Source of the DNA: an uncultured Gammaproteobacteria bacterium
GTDB taxonomy: Bacteria > Patescibacteriota > Microgenomatia > CAZETR01 > Amesbacteraceae
Direction of reading: 5' to 3'
Assembly (NCBI GenBank): GCA_964502885.1
Contig: CAZCXU010000005.1
Coordinates: 1 to 60,467 of the forward strand
Length of the DNA stretch: 60,467 nucleotides
Each line of letters opens with the position of its first letter. The first letter of the stretch is position 1. The translations under genes were made by a program, and so were the position numbers. The notes under the pieces were generated by a model, which saw only the letters and a list, made by a program, of their open reading frames with translations, did not search any database and was not told the DNA's origin. Below, one piece after another: positions 43,608 through 53,460 of the stretch.

Positions 43608-44629
43608 AGATAGTGTTGAATAAGATTCTGGTCATCTATAACGCAGCTGACCGAAGTGATCCAACCGAGGAAGAAACTAAGATTGGAGCGGAAAAGATAT
43701 TCAATTATTTGAGGGGGGGAGGTTGCGATGTAAGTATTCGGAAAGTCTTTAAGAACAGAATTTCTGAATTTGTGCGGGAGGTAGATAGGAATACTCTAGT
43801 GTTTAATTATTGTGAGTGGACAGGAAAGAAATGTAAATATGAAATTGAATTGCTGGAAAGAATGGCGAAACGCGGAATTAGTTTTACCGGCTGTAATGCC
43901 AGACAACATGAAATTCTTTTGGATAAGACTTTGATGGTAGAAAAGTTTAGAAGTTTTGGTGTACCCATGCTTGGTTCGGTAATGATGAATGCGAATGATG
44001 ATGCGGCAAAATTGGCGCATATAAAATATCCGGCGATTGTAAAGACTACACTGGAGCATTGTAGTATAGGACTGACAAAAAACTGTGTGGTGTACGATGG
44101 GGTCAGCGCTGTGCGACAGGTCAGAAGACTATATAAAAAGTTTCGACAGCCGATAATGGTGGAAGAATTTGCGAATGGTAATGAATATCAAGTATTCGTA
44201 TTTCGGACCAGAAGAGGAGTGAGGACACTGCCAGTCTACGAGACGCAATATAGGAAGCTGCACGAGCCGGTGCTGATTACTTATGCCGAAAATTGGCTGG
44301 GAAAGTCGATAAGCAAAAAAGTGAAGAGAATAGGTGTGACAATGAACCAGATGATGGATAGGAAAATTCGTCGGATGGGGGTGGAATTGTTTAAAAAGTT
44401 GGGCAGTATCGGATATATCAGGATGGACTTGCGGGTACGGGATAGCAGGCTGTATGTACTGGAAGCAAATCCAAACCCGTCTATTGCCTGGACCGAGGAT
44501 CTGGACTTTATTAAGGTTTGTGCCGAAGCTGCCGGTAAAGATTTTGGACAAATAATTGAGTGGATAATTTCAGGATCAGCTTCGAGAGCTCAAGTAGTGT
44601 TTGGTGGTCGGGATACGATAGCGGGGTAA
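43559..44629 (+). CDS. ATP-grasp ligase 2, diverged D-Ala-D-Ala-ligase-like
   Basis: YPAIVKTTLEHCSIGLTKNCVV, IMVEEFANGNEYQVFVF, IRMDLRVRDSRLYVLEANPNPS. An alternative GTG start at 43613 lies 5 nt after the decarboxylase-like stop. Confidence 0.8.
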   Translation: MVWRKESDSQVYPENIKIVLNKILVIYNAADRSDPTEEETKIGAEKIFNYLRGGGCDVSIRKVFKNRISEFVREVDRNTLVFNYCEWTGKKCKYEIELLERMAKRGISFTGCNARQHEILLDKTLMVEKFRSFGVPMLGSVMMNANDDAAKLAHIKYPAIVKTTLEHCSIGLTKNCVVYDGVSAVRQVRRLYKKFRQPIMVEEFANGNEYQVFVFRTRRGVRTLPVYETQYRKLHEPVLITYAENWLGKSISKKVKRIGVTMNQMMDRKIRRMGVELFKKLGSIGYIRMDLRVRDSRLYVLEANPNPSIAWTEDLDFIKVCAEAAGKDFGQIIEWIISGSASRAQVVFGGRDTIAG

Positions 44630-45169
44630 ATGTTTCGGATCTTTTGCCAGAACTAACATCAGACGATTGTGCCAGCGACGGTATAGTTTGTACCTACGGA
44701 TGGCAGTTTTGTTTTTTATGCGTTTATAATCGTAGTCATACCAACGGTCCAGAAAGTCTGTCCATAAATAGGATTTTTTCTTTCCGGAATATGAGTCAAA
44801 AAGAACAATGCGGCTATTTCTGGCAGAGTATTTGGCCACAACTGCGTAGTGGCCCGTTTCTTCAGGCGGTTCGGTGTCTTTGTAAAGATAGTCGACTATC
44901 ACGGCTCTGGGCTGGCCGGGCCTAAACTTGATGGCGTTTTGGATATGGGTGAGAGTGGCCCATTGGACGCTGAGGACGGAAATACCCAGCTTGTTGGCAG
45001 CACGAATCAGGTTGGTGACGCTAGTGCCGTTTTTGTTGGTTTTACATAGAGAATATAACTCCTCATAAGATCGGCTGTCCCCTAAAATTCTCAGTGCTGT
45101 TTTGAGGGCAGCTGGTCCACATGCTTCCTCGTCCGGCTGGGTAAAAGTTTTGGTTTTTGAGCGTGACAT
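44576..45169 (-). CDS. Stand-alone C39-like (papain-fold) cysteine peptidase domain protein
   Basis: QPDEEACGPAALKTALRILG (Gln-x5-Cys), GHYAVV (His), LFDSYSG (Asp). No ABC-transporter domains. The 3' end overlaps ATP-grasp 2 convergently by 54 nt. Confidence 0.7.
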   Translation of the reverse strand: MSRSKTKTFTQPDEEACGPAALKTALRILGDSRSYEELYSLCKTNKNGTSVTNLIRAANKLGISVLSVQWATLTHIQNAIKFRPGQPRAVIVDYLYKDTEPPEETGHYAVVAKYSARNSRIVLFDSYSGKKKSYLWTDFLDRWYDYDYKRIKNKTAIRRYKLYRRWHNRLMLVLAKDPKHLPRYRIPTTKHYLSSRS

Positions 45170-45230
45170 GAGGGTATTTTACCGCTCTGGAGGTGTTTTG
45201 GCTAATCTAAAACGAATAAAACCCGAAGTA

Positions 45231-46748
45231 TCATTTTTTTCCAAAAAGTGTAAAGTTGGAAACGGAATTTGAATAGACAGGGTAAAAATTGTCAGGAATT
45301 TTTAATGTACTGTCGGGACGACGAACAATTATCCAGCCGAATGTATCATGTGGTTTTGCATAACTGTCATGGATAAAACGAAAATCGGCGTAATAAAGAT
45401 TGTTGATTCCGGATACAAGGACGGTATCGTCTGGTCCAATATATTTTGGCAGCTCCTCTGTCGTATCGAAAAAATCGCCGAACTGAAAGTTGAGGTGAGC
45501 TTTGAGAAATTGTGTCTGGGATATATCCCCGGTGATAACGGGCAGGTATTTAAAATTGGCAGCCAGTCGGTATAGGATAGAAAAAATTGCAAGGAGAAGA
45601 ACGAGACAAAATAAGGTTTTGCGGATAAGCTGGTCTGATAACTTTACAAATGTATATACGGAAATTATTGACAGGGCTGGTAAATATGGCAATACAAAAC
45701 GACTGGTGCCTGAGTGAGGCAGTATGAACCAGAAAGAAAGAGATAGAAGTGTATAAAGAAAAATTTCTCTCACTCCCCTACTCTGTTTTTCAAATACGGC
45801 TTTGAAGATTAGCGGTGCGGAAATTAAATATATGGGATTTACAGGATCGGGATTGCGAGAGAAAAAGAAAAAAAGATCGAGTGGGTTTAGGGAAATTGGG
45901 AAAGGCTCCAGAACGGGAGAAAAAATGGGATAGAGGGGGTTTGCGGTAGTGAGATAAGCAAAAATAAACCAGGGAGCTGGGACCATTAGAGCTAGAAACG
46001 CAAAACGGAAGGCGGGCAATAATCCCCGTGTGGGCTTGTTGAGAAACTGGAGAATTAAAAAAACCGGTAATGATGTTAGAGAGAGAATTTTGGTAGTAAT
46101 TGCCAGGCCTAGTGTAAGCGCGCTTTGTGGGTATTTTCGCTCAATAAATAATAGTAATGCCAACACCTCAAAAAACGTCCTGGCGAGGTCTACATAGGCG
46201 CTGCCGGACAGCCAGGAAAAAACTAAGTTTGAAGAAAAGATAAGAACAGCAAATAGCGAGTACTTTGTGTTTAAGAATTTGCGGGCGAGTTGATATGTAA
46301 GAATGAGTGAGAGTTGGCCGAAAATAAAATGCATTAGCTTGGGGAGAAAGGCCAGGCCGGCTGAGAGCACTGCGGCATATAGCGTTTCAATGAGTTTCGG
46401 CATGACAGAATAGCGAAAGGTGGCGCCGGGCAGAAAACGGATTAGCTCTTCCTGAAGCCAGATTTTTGGGAGAGAGAGATGGTACCAGAGGGCATCAAAT
46501 CCCAATTCGGGGGCAAAGACCGGAAGAAGATTGACCAATTGCTGGATTATCAATACCCCCAAAATTGTTTGGGCAGTTCGTGATAAATTAACCCGGGGAA
46601 TTTGGGGGAAATGCAGGTGGGCGAGGAGGGCAATGAGGAGAAAAGAAAGTGAAAACCCGGCGATATTTAAGGGAGTGAGAATTCCTAATAAACCTAAGGC
46701 GAAAATTCCGTAAGAATAAATGCCGATAAGAATAGCTACTGTAAACAT
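45231..46748 (-). CDS. Polytopic membrane protein, GT-C glycosyltransferase-like
   Basis: 505 aa with at least 11 TM helices. First-loop string PELGFDALWYHLSLPK. C-terminal soluble tail. Tentative. Confidence 0.5.
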   Translation of the reverse strand: MFTVAILIGIYSYGIFALGLLGILTPLNIAGFSLSFLLIALLAHLHFPQIPRVNLSRTAQTILGVLIIQQLVNLLPVFAPELGFDALWYHLSLPKIWLQEELIRFLPGATFRYSVMPKLIETLYAAVLSAGLAFLPKLMHFIFGQLSLILTYQLARKFLNTKYSLFAVLIFSSNLVFSWLSGSAYVDLARTFFEVLALLLFIERKYPQSALTLGLAITTKILSLTSLPVFLILQFLNKPTRGLLPAFRFAFLALMVPAPWFIFAYLTTANPLYPIFSPVLEPFPISLNPLDLFFFFSRNPDPVNPIYLISAPLIFKAVFEKQSRGVREIFLYTLLSLSFWFILPHSGTSRFVLPYLPALSIISVYTFVKLSDQLIRKTLFCLVLLLAIFSILYRLAANFKYLPVITGDISQTQFLKAHLNFQFGDFFDTTEELPKYIGPDDTVLVSGINNLYYADFRFIHDSYAKPHDTFGWIIVRRPDSTLKIPDNFYPVYSNSVSNFTLFGKK

Positions 46749-46861
46749 TACAGGCGAACTATTAACGAGGAAAAGTAAATACAGAGAATGACAATGGTCC
46801 AGATTAAAAATAGAGCCCGGTGCATCGAAAAGATTTTATCAGAAGGTGGTGATATTATTGG

Positions 46862-47482
46862 ATGATGCTGGAGATTTATTTGGCACGGCATGGGCAAGAT
46901 TTAGATAATGTAAATGGAATTTTGAATGGGAGAAGAGACATGCCGTTGTCTGAAAAGGGACTTGTTCAGGCTAATGAAGCTGCCGAAATGATGGTGGCAA
47001 CAGGTCTGAAGTTTGATCGAATATTTACCTCGCCATTGCAGCGGGCTAAACGTACTGCGGAGATAATGGCGGAAAGATTGGGGATGCCAGAGCCGGAAGT
47101 TATTCCCGATCTAATAGAAAGAGATTTTGGAGTGTTAACGGGTGAGCCTAAGAGCAAGATAGCAGAACTGTCTGGCGGAAGATTTTTGAAGACGGAAACG
47201 GTGGATTATTTTTTGGATCCAGAAGGGGCAGAAACATTTGATGAGTTGGTGATAAGGGGAAGGAGAGTTCTGGATAAGGTAAAGGCATCGCATCCATCCG
47301 GGTCAGTGTTACTGGTAACACACGGAGATTTTGGAAAGATGATTTATGCGGCTTATTACAATCTGGATTGGAAGAAGGTTTTGGAGCAGTTTCATTTTGG
47401 CAATTCGGAAGTATTGAAATTGTCACCAAACTCCCCTGCCGAAGAAGCTCATGTTTTCAAAATACGGCAGTTCAATAATTAA
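46862..47482 (+). CDS. Histidine phosphatase family protein (phosphoglycerate-mutase-like)
   Basis: IYLARHGQ (RHG), SPLQRAKRTAE, ERDFG, LLVTHGD. Confidence 0.85.
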   Translation: MMLEIYLARHGQDLDNVNGILNGRRDMPLSEKGLVQANEAAEMMVATGLKFDRIFTSPLQRAKRTAEIMAERLGMPEPEVIPDLIERDFGVLTGEPKSKIAELSGGRFLKTETVDYFLDPEGAETFDELVIRGRRVLDKVKASHPSGSVLLVTHGDFGKMIYAAYYNLDWKKVLEQFHFGNSEVLKLSPNSPAEEAHVFKIRQFNN

Positions 47483-47541
47483 AAAGTAGAGGGATTCTTC
47501 CGTTTTGGCCGGAATGACAGGCCAGAGGTGATAACTGTACT

Positions 47542-48291
47542 TTATTTGGTTTCGAAGAAGAGGGTGACTGAGGAGTTGATGTCTGTGGAACCGGCTTCGA
47601 TGTTAGTGTCTGCAGCTGCGCCTCCCCCGCCCATACCGCGGGCTTCGGCAACCTTGTACATCATGGGAACTGGCGTGTTCATACCGGATTCCTGTACATT
47701 GACGATACGGCCAAGTGAAATACCTGCAGCAGCGGCTAGGCTTTCGGCTTTGGTTTTGGCTTCTTTGATGGCTAACTCGCGGGCTTGTTGTAACAGCTGT
47801 TTTTGTCGGTCGTCATCGACGGTTAATTGAATGCCAGAAACGGTGTTGGCGCCATTGGCGGTAGCAGCATCTACAACTTCATTGATTTTTTCAAGATTGC
47901 GGACTTTGAGGGTAAGTGAAGCAGAGACACGATATCCGGTAATGCGGCCAGTGCCAGTGCGATAGTCGTATTCAGGATAGATGGAATAATCGCTGGTTTT
48001 GATATCTTTGGCTTCAACAGTAAGTTTTTTGGCGGCTTCGGAAATCTTATTGATGATGGTGTTGACTTCGGTCTGTGCGGATTTTACTGAGGGGCGGGTA
48101 AGATTGATGCCTACATTGATGATGCCGGTGTCGGGGACAACGGTGACTTTACCTTCGCCGGAAACAGCGAAAAGCTCAGTCTTTTGGGTGACTACGGAAG
48201 ATACGGGAATGGGAGGCGAAAAACGAGTGACTCCCAGAACAGCGAGAGAGATAATTATTGTGGCGAAGAGAAATTTAACCGGCCATGACAT
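47542..48291 (-). CDS. SIMPL-domain (DUF541) protein
   Basis: N-terminal TM. GYRVSASLTLKVRNLEKINEVVDAATANGANTVSGIQLTVDD...AIKEAKTKAESLAAAAGISLGRIVNVQE. The ATG at 48291 is preferred to the TTG at 48318. Confidence 0.75.
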   Translation of the reverse strand: MSWPVKFLFATIIISLAVLGVTRFSPPIPVSSVVTQKTELFAVSGEGKVTVVPDTGIINVGINLTRPSVKSAQTEVNTIINKISEAAKKLTVEAKDIKTSDYSIYPEYDYRTGTGRITGYRVSASLTLKVRNLEKINEVVDAATANGANTVSGIQLTVDDDRQKQLLQQARELAIKEAKTKAESLAAAAGISLGRIVNVQESGMNTPVPMMYKVAEARGMGGGGAAADTNIEAGSTDINSSVTLFFETK

Positions 48292-48335
48292 AAAAATTAA
48301 TATACAATATATGTGCAAGTGGAGGCAAGGGGTGA

Positions 48336-48998
48336 ATGGTATCCCAAAAGAAAAAATTATTGGCTGGAGTAGCGGGATTTGTGATGGTTTCTACGGCGGG
48401 AGCATTCTGGAAACTGAATGCTGCGGTTCCGGCGTATGAAGTATTGAGGGTGATTGATGGGGATACTTTTGAGACTAAAGAAAGACAACTTATTCGTCTG
48501 GATGGGGTGGATGCGCCAGAACTGGGACTCTGCGGCGGTGAAGAGGCCAAAAAGGAATTGAAAAAAATGGTAATGGGAAAGCCGGTATATCTAAAAGTGA
48601 ATTATCGGGATAAATATATGCGGCTTCTGAGTCTGGTATATACACCTGATGGTTTTGTGAATGAAAGAATGGTGGAAAAGGGCGTGGCGGTGTATCGGCA
48701 ATCCGGGATAAAAAATGACACTACTCCCCTACTTCAATCAGCACATGCCAGGGCGACTAGTAACAAGCTGGGTATATATGGTAAAGAATGTACACAAATT
48801 ACTAATTTGGAAAAGCCAAAATGTTTAATAAAGGGGAATATTCGTGAGGGAGGAAGCGCTAAGATATATTCATTGCCGGGATGCGAGTCGTACGCGGCTA
48901 CCAAGGTACAGTTGTACTATGGAGATCGATGGTTTTGCAGCGAAAATGATGCTAAAAAGGCGGGTTTTGTGAAGGCAGGCGGGTGCAATGGAAAATAG
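48336..48998 (+). CDS. Thermonuclease (SNase-like) with a C-terminal Cys-containing IKGN-type domain
   Basis: N-terminal TM. VLRVIDGDTFET...IRLDGVDAPE. C-terminal CLIKGNIREGGSAKIYSLPGCESY...RWFCSENDAKKAGF. Confidence 0.85.
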   Translation: MVSQKKKLLAGVAGFVMVSTAGAFWKLNAAVPAYEVLRVIDGDTFETKERQLIRLDGVDAPELGLCGGEEAKKELKKMVMGKPVYLKVNYRDKYMRLLSLVYTPDGFVNERMVEKGVAVYRQSGIKNDTTPLLQSAHARATSNKLGIYGKECTQITNLEKPKCLIKGNIREGGSAKIYSLPGCESYAATKVQLYYGDRWFCSENDAKKAGFVKAGGCNGK

Positions 48999-49379
48999 TT
49001 GTTTATTTTTTATCTGGGGTGCTATTCTGAATCCGGAATGCAAAAAAGAGTGGTATCCAAATGGTTTTGGGTTGTGTTGGGATTATGTGTTGCAATTTTT
49101 TCTTCGGCGTTTTTTTATCAGCTGCGATTGTTTTTCTTTTTGGATTACTATGGCGTTGGTCTTTTTGATATGAGCATTAAAGGGAGTGAATCTGTATTGT
49201 CATGGTATGGAATGCATATCTGTCAACTACTGACCCTCATTGCCCCAACGGGAGTTTGGTGGCTTTTGAAGAAGGCGGGAGTATTTAGGTATACAGGCAG
49301 ATTATTTTATGTAATTTCGATCCTTTATATTACTTCGCCGCTGTGGTTTTATCTGATTCTGTATTTTTGGGGTAGGTAG
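48999..49379 (+). CDS. Hypothetical membrane protein
   Basis: 126 aa with 3-4 hydrophobic helices. Confidence 0.4.
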   Translation: MFIFYLGCYSESGMQKRVVSKWFWVVLGLCVAIFSSAFFYQLRLFFFLDYYGVGLFDMSIKGSESVLSWYGMHICQLLTLIAPTGVWWLLKKAGVFRYTGRLFYVISILYITSPLWFYLILYFWGR

Positions 49380-49439
49380 TGAACTTCTTCAGAAGTGCCA
49401 GGTGTGAGTTGATTTAATCTATTATCTGGATGGCTAAGT

Positions 49440-49637
49440 TTAATGTGTCTTGGCGGGTGCACTCATTATTCCAGCTGCCAAAGCTCGTAGTATTTGGTCG
49501 GAAGTTACGCAGTGGAATCGTGATGCATCAGGAGTATCGGTTGCTTTTGTGAATTTTTGCATATATTCGGTACCAACCAGTAGTTGGGCGTCGTTTGCCA
49601 GGTCGGTGAGATAGCGTTGTTGTTCAGAAATAGCCAT
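49440..49637 (-). CDS. Hypothetical small protein immediately downstream of gyrA
   Basis: 65 aa. The ATG lies 2 nt after the gyrA stop, so it is presumably co-transcribed. Confidence 0.4.
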   Translation of the reverse strand: MAISEQQRYLTDLANDAQLLVGTEYMQKFTKATDTPDASRFHCVTSDQILRALAAGIMSAPAKTH

Positions 49638-49639
49638 AT

Positions 49640-52153
49640 TTAGATCAATTTTTGCTGGGGAGAAGTTTCGATTTCCTTTTCCAGACAGGTGACAGAGGCG
49701 ACGCTGTCCCCTTTCTTGCTAAAGCGCATGAGGATAACTCCCTGGGTGTCGCGGCCGAGCTGGGGAATATTTTTGAGCGGAAGCTTGATTATTTGAGCGG
49801 ATCTACTTGTCAGAACTACCTGATCAACAGTTTCGTCTACGCCGACACAGGAAATCAGTTTTCCGGTCTTGTCGGTAAGCTGGGCGGCTTTTACACCTTG
49901 ACCGCCACGTTTTTGGAGCGGCCAATTGCGAACCGAAGTGCGCTTACCCATGCCATTTTCGGTGATGATGAGAACATCTTCGAAAGTTTTGCGGCGTTTG
50001 TCGGTGGGAGCTTCTTTGCTGCTGGGGAAAATTTCCATGCCGACAACATAATCCCCTGCCTTGAGTTCGATGCCGCGGACCCCCATGGTGTCTCTGGCGG
50101 TGGGGCGAACATCTTCTTCATTGAAGCGAATGGATTTGCCTTCGCAGGATACTAAGAGCGTCTGGTCTGAGCCGGTGGTGGGTTTGACCCATTCCAAACT
50201 GTCCCCTGCTTCGAGTTTGATAGCAATAATTCCGGATGTCCTGATATTGTCATAGTCTGAGAGCTTGGTTTTTTTGATGGTGCCTCTTTTAGTTACCATG
50301 AGCAGGTATTTGGTGGGGTCGGCCTTGTTTAACGTGACGACAGTTTGCAGTTTTTCGTCCTGATTGATATTGATGAGATTGACTACTGCCTGGCCTTTGG
50401 ACTGACGAGAACCCTCAGGGAGATCGTAAACTTTGAGCTTGAATACTCTGCCGGTACTGGTAAAGAAAAGAATGTCGTCATGAGTATTTGCGGCGATGAT
50501 CTGGGCGATGTCATCTTCTTCTTTTGTGGACATGCCCGTGACGCCTTTGCCTCCTCTGTGCTGAGTGCGGAAGACGGACGGATTTTGTCTTTTGATGTAG
50601 CCGGTGGCAGTGATGGTGATAACGGTTTCTTCGGATGGGATAAGGTCTTCTTCGGAGAATTCTCCCAAAGGCATTTTGTAAACTTTGGTGCGGCGGGGAT
50701 CGCCAAATTTTTCTTTGAGTTCGGCCAGTTCGGTTTTTATGACAGTAAGAATTTTTACCGGATGAGCCAGCAGATCCTCCAATTCGGAAATCAACTGCAT
50801 GACCGCTTTGTATTCATCTTCGATCTTTTTACGCTCCAGGGCGGCAAGTCTTCGCAGCTGCATATCCAGAATGGCGGTGGCTTGAAGCTCGGAAAGACCA
50901 AATCGCTCCATGAGGTTTTTCTTGGCGACATCGGAATCCGGAGATTCACGGATTGTCTTGATGATGGCATCCAGATGATCGAGGGCGATTTTTAACCCTT
51001 CTAAAATGTGAGCCCGAGCTTTGGCGACTTTGAGTTCGTATTCGGTACGACGGGTAACAATCAATTGACGATGTTTGATGTATTCGTGCAAGATGGTTTT
51101 GAGATCGAGAGTCTGGGGCGTACCATCTACCAAAGCGACAAAGTTTGCCGGAAAAGACGTCTGCAGAGCGGTGTGCTTGTAGATGTTGTTTAGCAGGGCT
51201 TTAGGTTTGGCATCCCGTTTGAGTTCAACGGCGATACGAATACCGTGACGGTCAGATTCATCGCGCAGGTCTGAGATGCCTTCAATCTTTTTTTCGTGAA
51301 CCAGATCGGCGATGCGGGAAACTAATTCAGCTTTGTTTACCTGGTACGGCAATTCGGTAATGATGATTTGGGATTTGCCGGATTTGGTTTCCTCGATTTC
51401 GGCTTTGCCGCGAACAATTATGCGGCCGCGGCCGGTGGCATACACTTCGGCAATTGCCTTGGCATCGTAAATGCTGCCGTAGGTGGGGAAATCCGGGCCT
51501 TTGACAAACTGCATGAGGTCGGTCACTGTGGCTTCGGGGTTGTCGATGAGGTGGGAAACGGCGTCGATAACTTCTCCGAGGTTGTGTGGGGGAATCTTTG
51601 TGGCCATGCCGACGGCGATACCTTCACTGCCCATGAGAAGTAAATTGGGAAGTTTGGCGGGGAGGAAAACGGGCTCTTTAAGGGTGGCGTCGAAATTGTC
51701 TACAGTATCTACTGTTTCTTTATCTATGTCTGTCATCATCTCATCGGAAATTTTGGCTAACTTGGCCTCGGTATAACGCATGGCGGCGGGAGAGTCTCCG
51801 TCGATGGAGCCAAAATTTCCCTGGCCATCAACGAGCGGGTAGCGCATGGAGAACTCCTGAGCAAGACGAACCAGGGCATCGTAGACAGAAGAATCGCCGT
51901 GAGGGTGGTATTTACCTAAGACTTCACCGACGATTTTTGCGGATTTGGTGTGTTTGCTATTCGAGCGCAAACCCATGTCGTGCATGGCAAACAGGATGCG
52001 TCTGTGTACCGGTTTCAGTCCGTCACGAACGTCCGGAAGCGCGCGGGCGACGATGACTGACATGGCGTAATCCAGGAAGTTCTTCTGCATTTCTGCAGTG
52101 ATTTCAATGGGAAAAATTCGACCGATATCGTTTGTTTCTGGTACTTCTGGCAC
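49640..52153 (-). CDS. gyrA: DNA gyrase subunit A
   Basis: [58 protein letters not shown] (catalytic Tyr), C-terminal beta-pinwheel repeats. GTG start at 52153, since an in-frame TAA lies 4 codons upstream. Confidence 0.97.
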   Translation of the reverse strand: MPEVPETNDIGRIFPIEITAEMQKNFLDYAMSVIVARALPDVRDGLKPVHRRILFAMHDMGLRSNSKHTKSAKIVGEVLGKYHPHGDSSVYDALVRLAQEFSMRYPLVDGQGNFGSIDGDSPAAMRYTEAKLAKISDEMMTDIDKETVDTVDNFDATLKEPVFLPAKLPNLLLMGSEGIAVGMATKIPPHNLGEVIDAVSHLIDNPEATVTDLMQFVKGPDFPTYGSIYDAKAIAEVYATGRGRIIVRGKAEIEETKSGKSQIIITELPYQVNKAELVSRIADLVHEKKIEGISDLRDESDRHGIRIAVELKRDAKPKALLNNIYKHTALQTSFPANFVALVDGTPQTLDLKTILHEYIKHRQLIVTRRTEYELKVAKARAHILEGLKIALDHLDAIIKTIRESPDSDVAKKNLMERFGLSELQATAILDMQLRRLAALERKKIEDEYKAVMQLISELEDLLAHPVKILTVIKTELAELKEKFGDPRRTKVYKMPLGEFSEEDLIPSEETVITITATGYIKRQNPSVFRTQHRGGKGVTGMSTKEEDDIAQIIAANTHDDILFFTSTGRVFKLKVYDLPEGSRQSKGQAVVNLININQDEKLQTVVTLNKADPTKYLLMVTKRGTIKKTKLSDYDNIRTSGIIAIKLEAGDSLEWVKPTTGSDQTLLVSCEGKSIRFNEEDVRPTARDTMGVRGIELKAGDYVVGMEIFPSSKEAPTDKRRKTFEDVLIITENGMGKRTSVRNWPLQKRGGQGVKAAQLTDKTGKLISCVGVDETVDQVVLTSRSAQIIKLPLKNIPQLGRDTQGVILMRFSKKGDSVASVTCLEKEIETSPQQKLI

Positions 52154-52159
52154 TGCGCT

Positions 52160-52188
52160 ATATTACGCTTTTTTTGAGGTCAAGACAA
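52160..52188 (-). promoter_or_regulatory. Candidate gyrA promoter directly abutting the start codon
   Basis: On the minus strand: TTGTCT (52188-52183), 17-nt spacer, TAATAT (52165-52160), then AGCGCA-GTG. The -10/discriminator string TAATAT-AG-CGCAG is shared with gyrB. Confidence 0.3.
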
Positions 52189-52283
52189 GGGGAATTGGAG
52201 GTGGCGATGCAATAAATAATTTCAATATGTTAATATAATTAGACCTTGAAGGATGTAAAAATATTGACTCAAATAATTATTGA

Positions 52284-53249
52284 TTATGTCTGCACATCAT
52301 CATAGTTTGCGGCCATTATTTCTCCCATAATAAAAGAACTATCTGAGAAGCTGACTAAGGGGTTTTCTCCCTTTCTTCCGGTTGTTGCGGCAGGTACACT
52401 TTTTTTGTAAAGGCCACTTTGCTGATCAGGATAATGCTCTAGGGTGATTTTCTCATACCTCTCATCAACAAATTTAGTATCTTTTTTCACAGGTATTCCC
52501 CTGTCTAACTCAACGATAACTTTCAATTTTCCGTCAGCTGTTATATCCTTTTTAACGATTACTTCAGATCTGACAAATCTTATGGGGGGACCTTGTCTTG
52601 ATGGTAAATAAGTGAAATATCTCAAACTATTTTTTTTCTGATCATTTGGATCAAATTGAAAAACTTCCTGAAAACTTAACGGGTTGTTACTCTGATAAAT
52701 GTGTTGAATCTGTTCTGCTGATATACATGTTGACTTATCTCTATTCAATACCCCGCTTAAAATTTCAATGTCAGAGAGATAATCCCATGGTTCTGTCAAA
52801 TATTGTTTGATCCATAGGTAATCATTGCCCAAATTCATAAAAAAGTTCAGCATTTCTATTCCCAGTTTTTGCAGTTCGGCGGCATTCAACTCATTGCTAT
52901 ATTCAATATCGGGGGTTATTATTTTGTTCAGTTCAGTAATCTCTCCAACGCAGAGGCATTGCGATGTATGTTCCCGAACTTCAGTTAAGGAGCCATCGGG
53001 TGTGTGCGGAAAGTGTTGGTAGTGTGTCAAATAGAAAAAACCAAACTTTGAACCTGGATTATAAGTGAGTGTGGTTTTATCTCCTTGAGATGTGGAAATA
53101 TTAAAGCTATCAAATACTAGAAAGCGAGTTTGTGATTGTGGATCGCTTTGATTTTCTCTGAGAAATGTCGAAACATTTACAATTGTAAGACTTCCATGGT
53201 CATCTTTTGTTGTAAAGCGAATTGCTTGTGCATCCCCATGCTTCTCCAT
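52284..53249 (-). CDS. AT-rich ORFan (321 aa as listed), probably the C-terminal part of a longer frameshift-interrupted gene
   Basis: No motif recognised. The reading frame stays open for 70 further codons upstream of ATG 53249 without any ATG/GTG/TTG. Confidence 0.55.
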   Translation of the reverse strand: MEKHGDAQAIRFTTKDDHGSLTIVNVSTFLRENQSDPQSQTRFLVFDSFNISTSQGDKTTLTYNPGSKFGFFYLTHYQHFPHTPDGSLTEVREHTSQCLCVGEITELNKIITPDIEYSNELNAAELQKLGIEMLNFFMNLGNDYLWIKQYLTEPWDYLSDIEILSGVLNRDKSTCISAEQIQHIYQSNNPLSFQEVFQFDPNDQKKNSLRYFTYLPSRQGPPIRFVRSEVIVKKDITADGKLKVIVELDRGIPVKKDTKFVDERYEKITLEHYPDQQSGLYKKSVPAATTGRKGENPLVSFSDSSFIMGEIMAANYDDVQT

Positions 53250-53452
53250 TATGAAATTTTCAAATAAAAAGTTTTCGTCAGGAGTTTGCTGTAGTCCAAC
53301 TAGGTGTGAAAGAAGTTCGAGGCGTGAATATCTATTCGCAGAGATTGGTTTTCTCAGATGTCCACCTACTTCCTCATCATAATTTGAAGGTAGCGTTTTG
53401 AAAAAATTTATGACGCTAATTCCATTACTAAGAGCACCTTTGGTTTCCTGAG

Positions 53453-53460
53453 TTTTTTTT
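53453..53460 (-). other. A8 homopolymer (A_AAA_AAA slippery-type run) at the junction of two reading frames
   Basis: The ORF from ATG 53503 (MTELVDSPNNSKNIEKK...) reads ATT GAA AAA AAA CTC and stops at 53410-53408. A -1 slip, or one extra A in the run, continues as ACT CAG GAA... into the 321-aa ORF frame. Confidence 0.5.
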
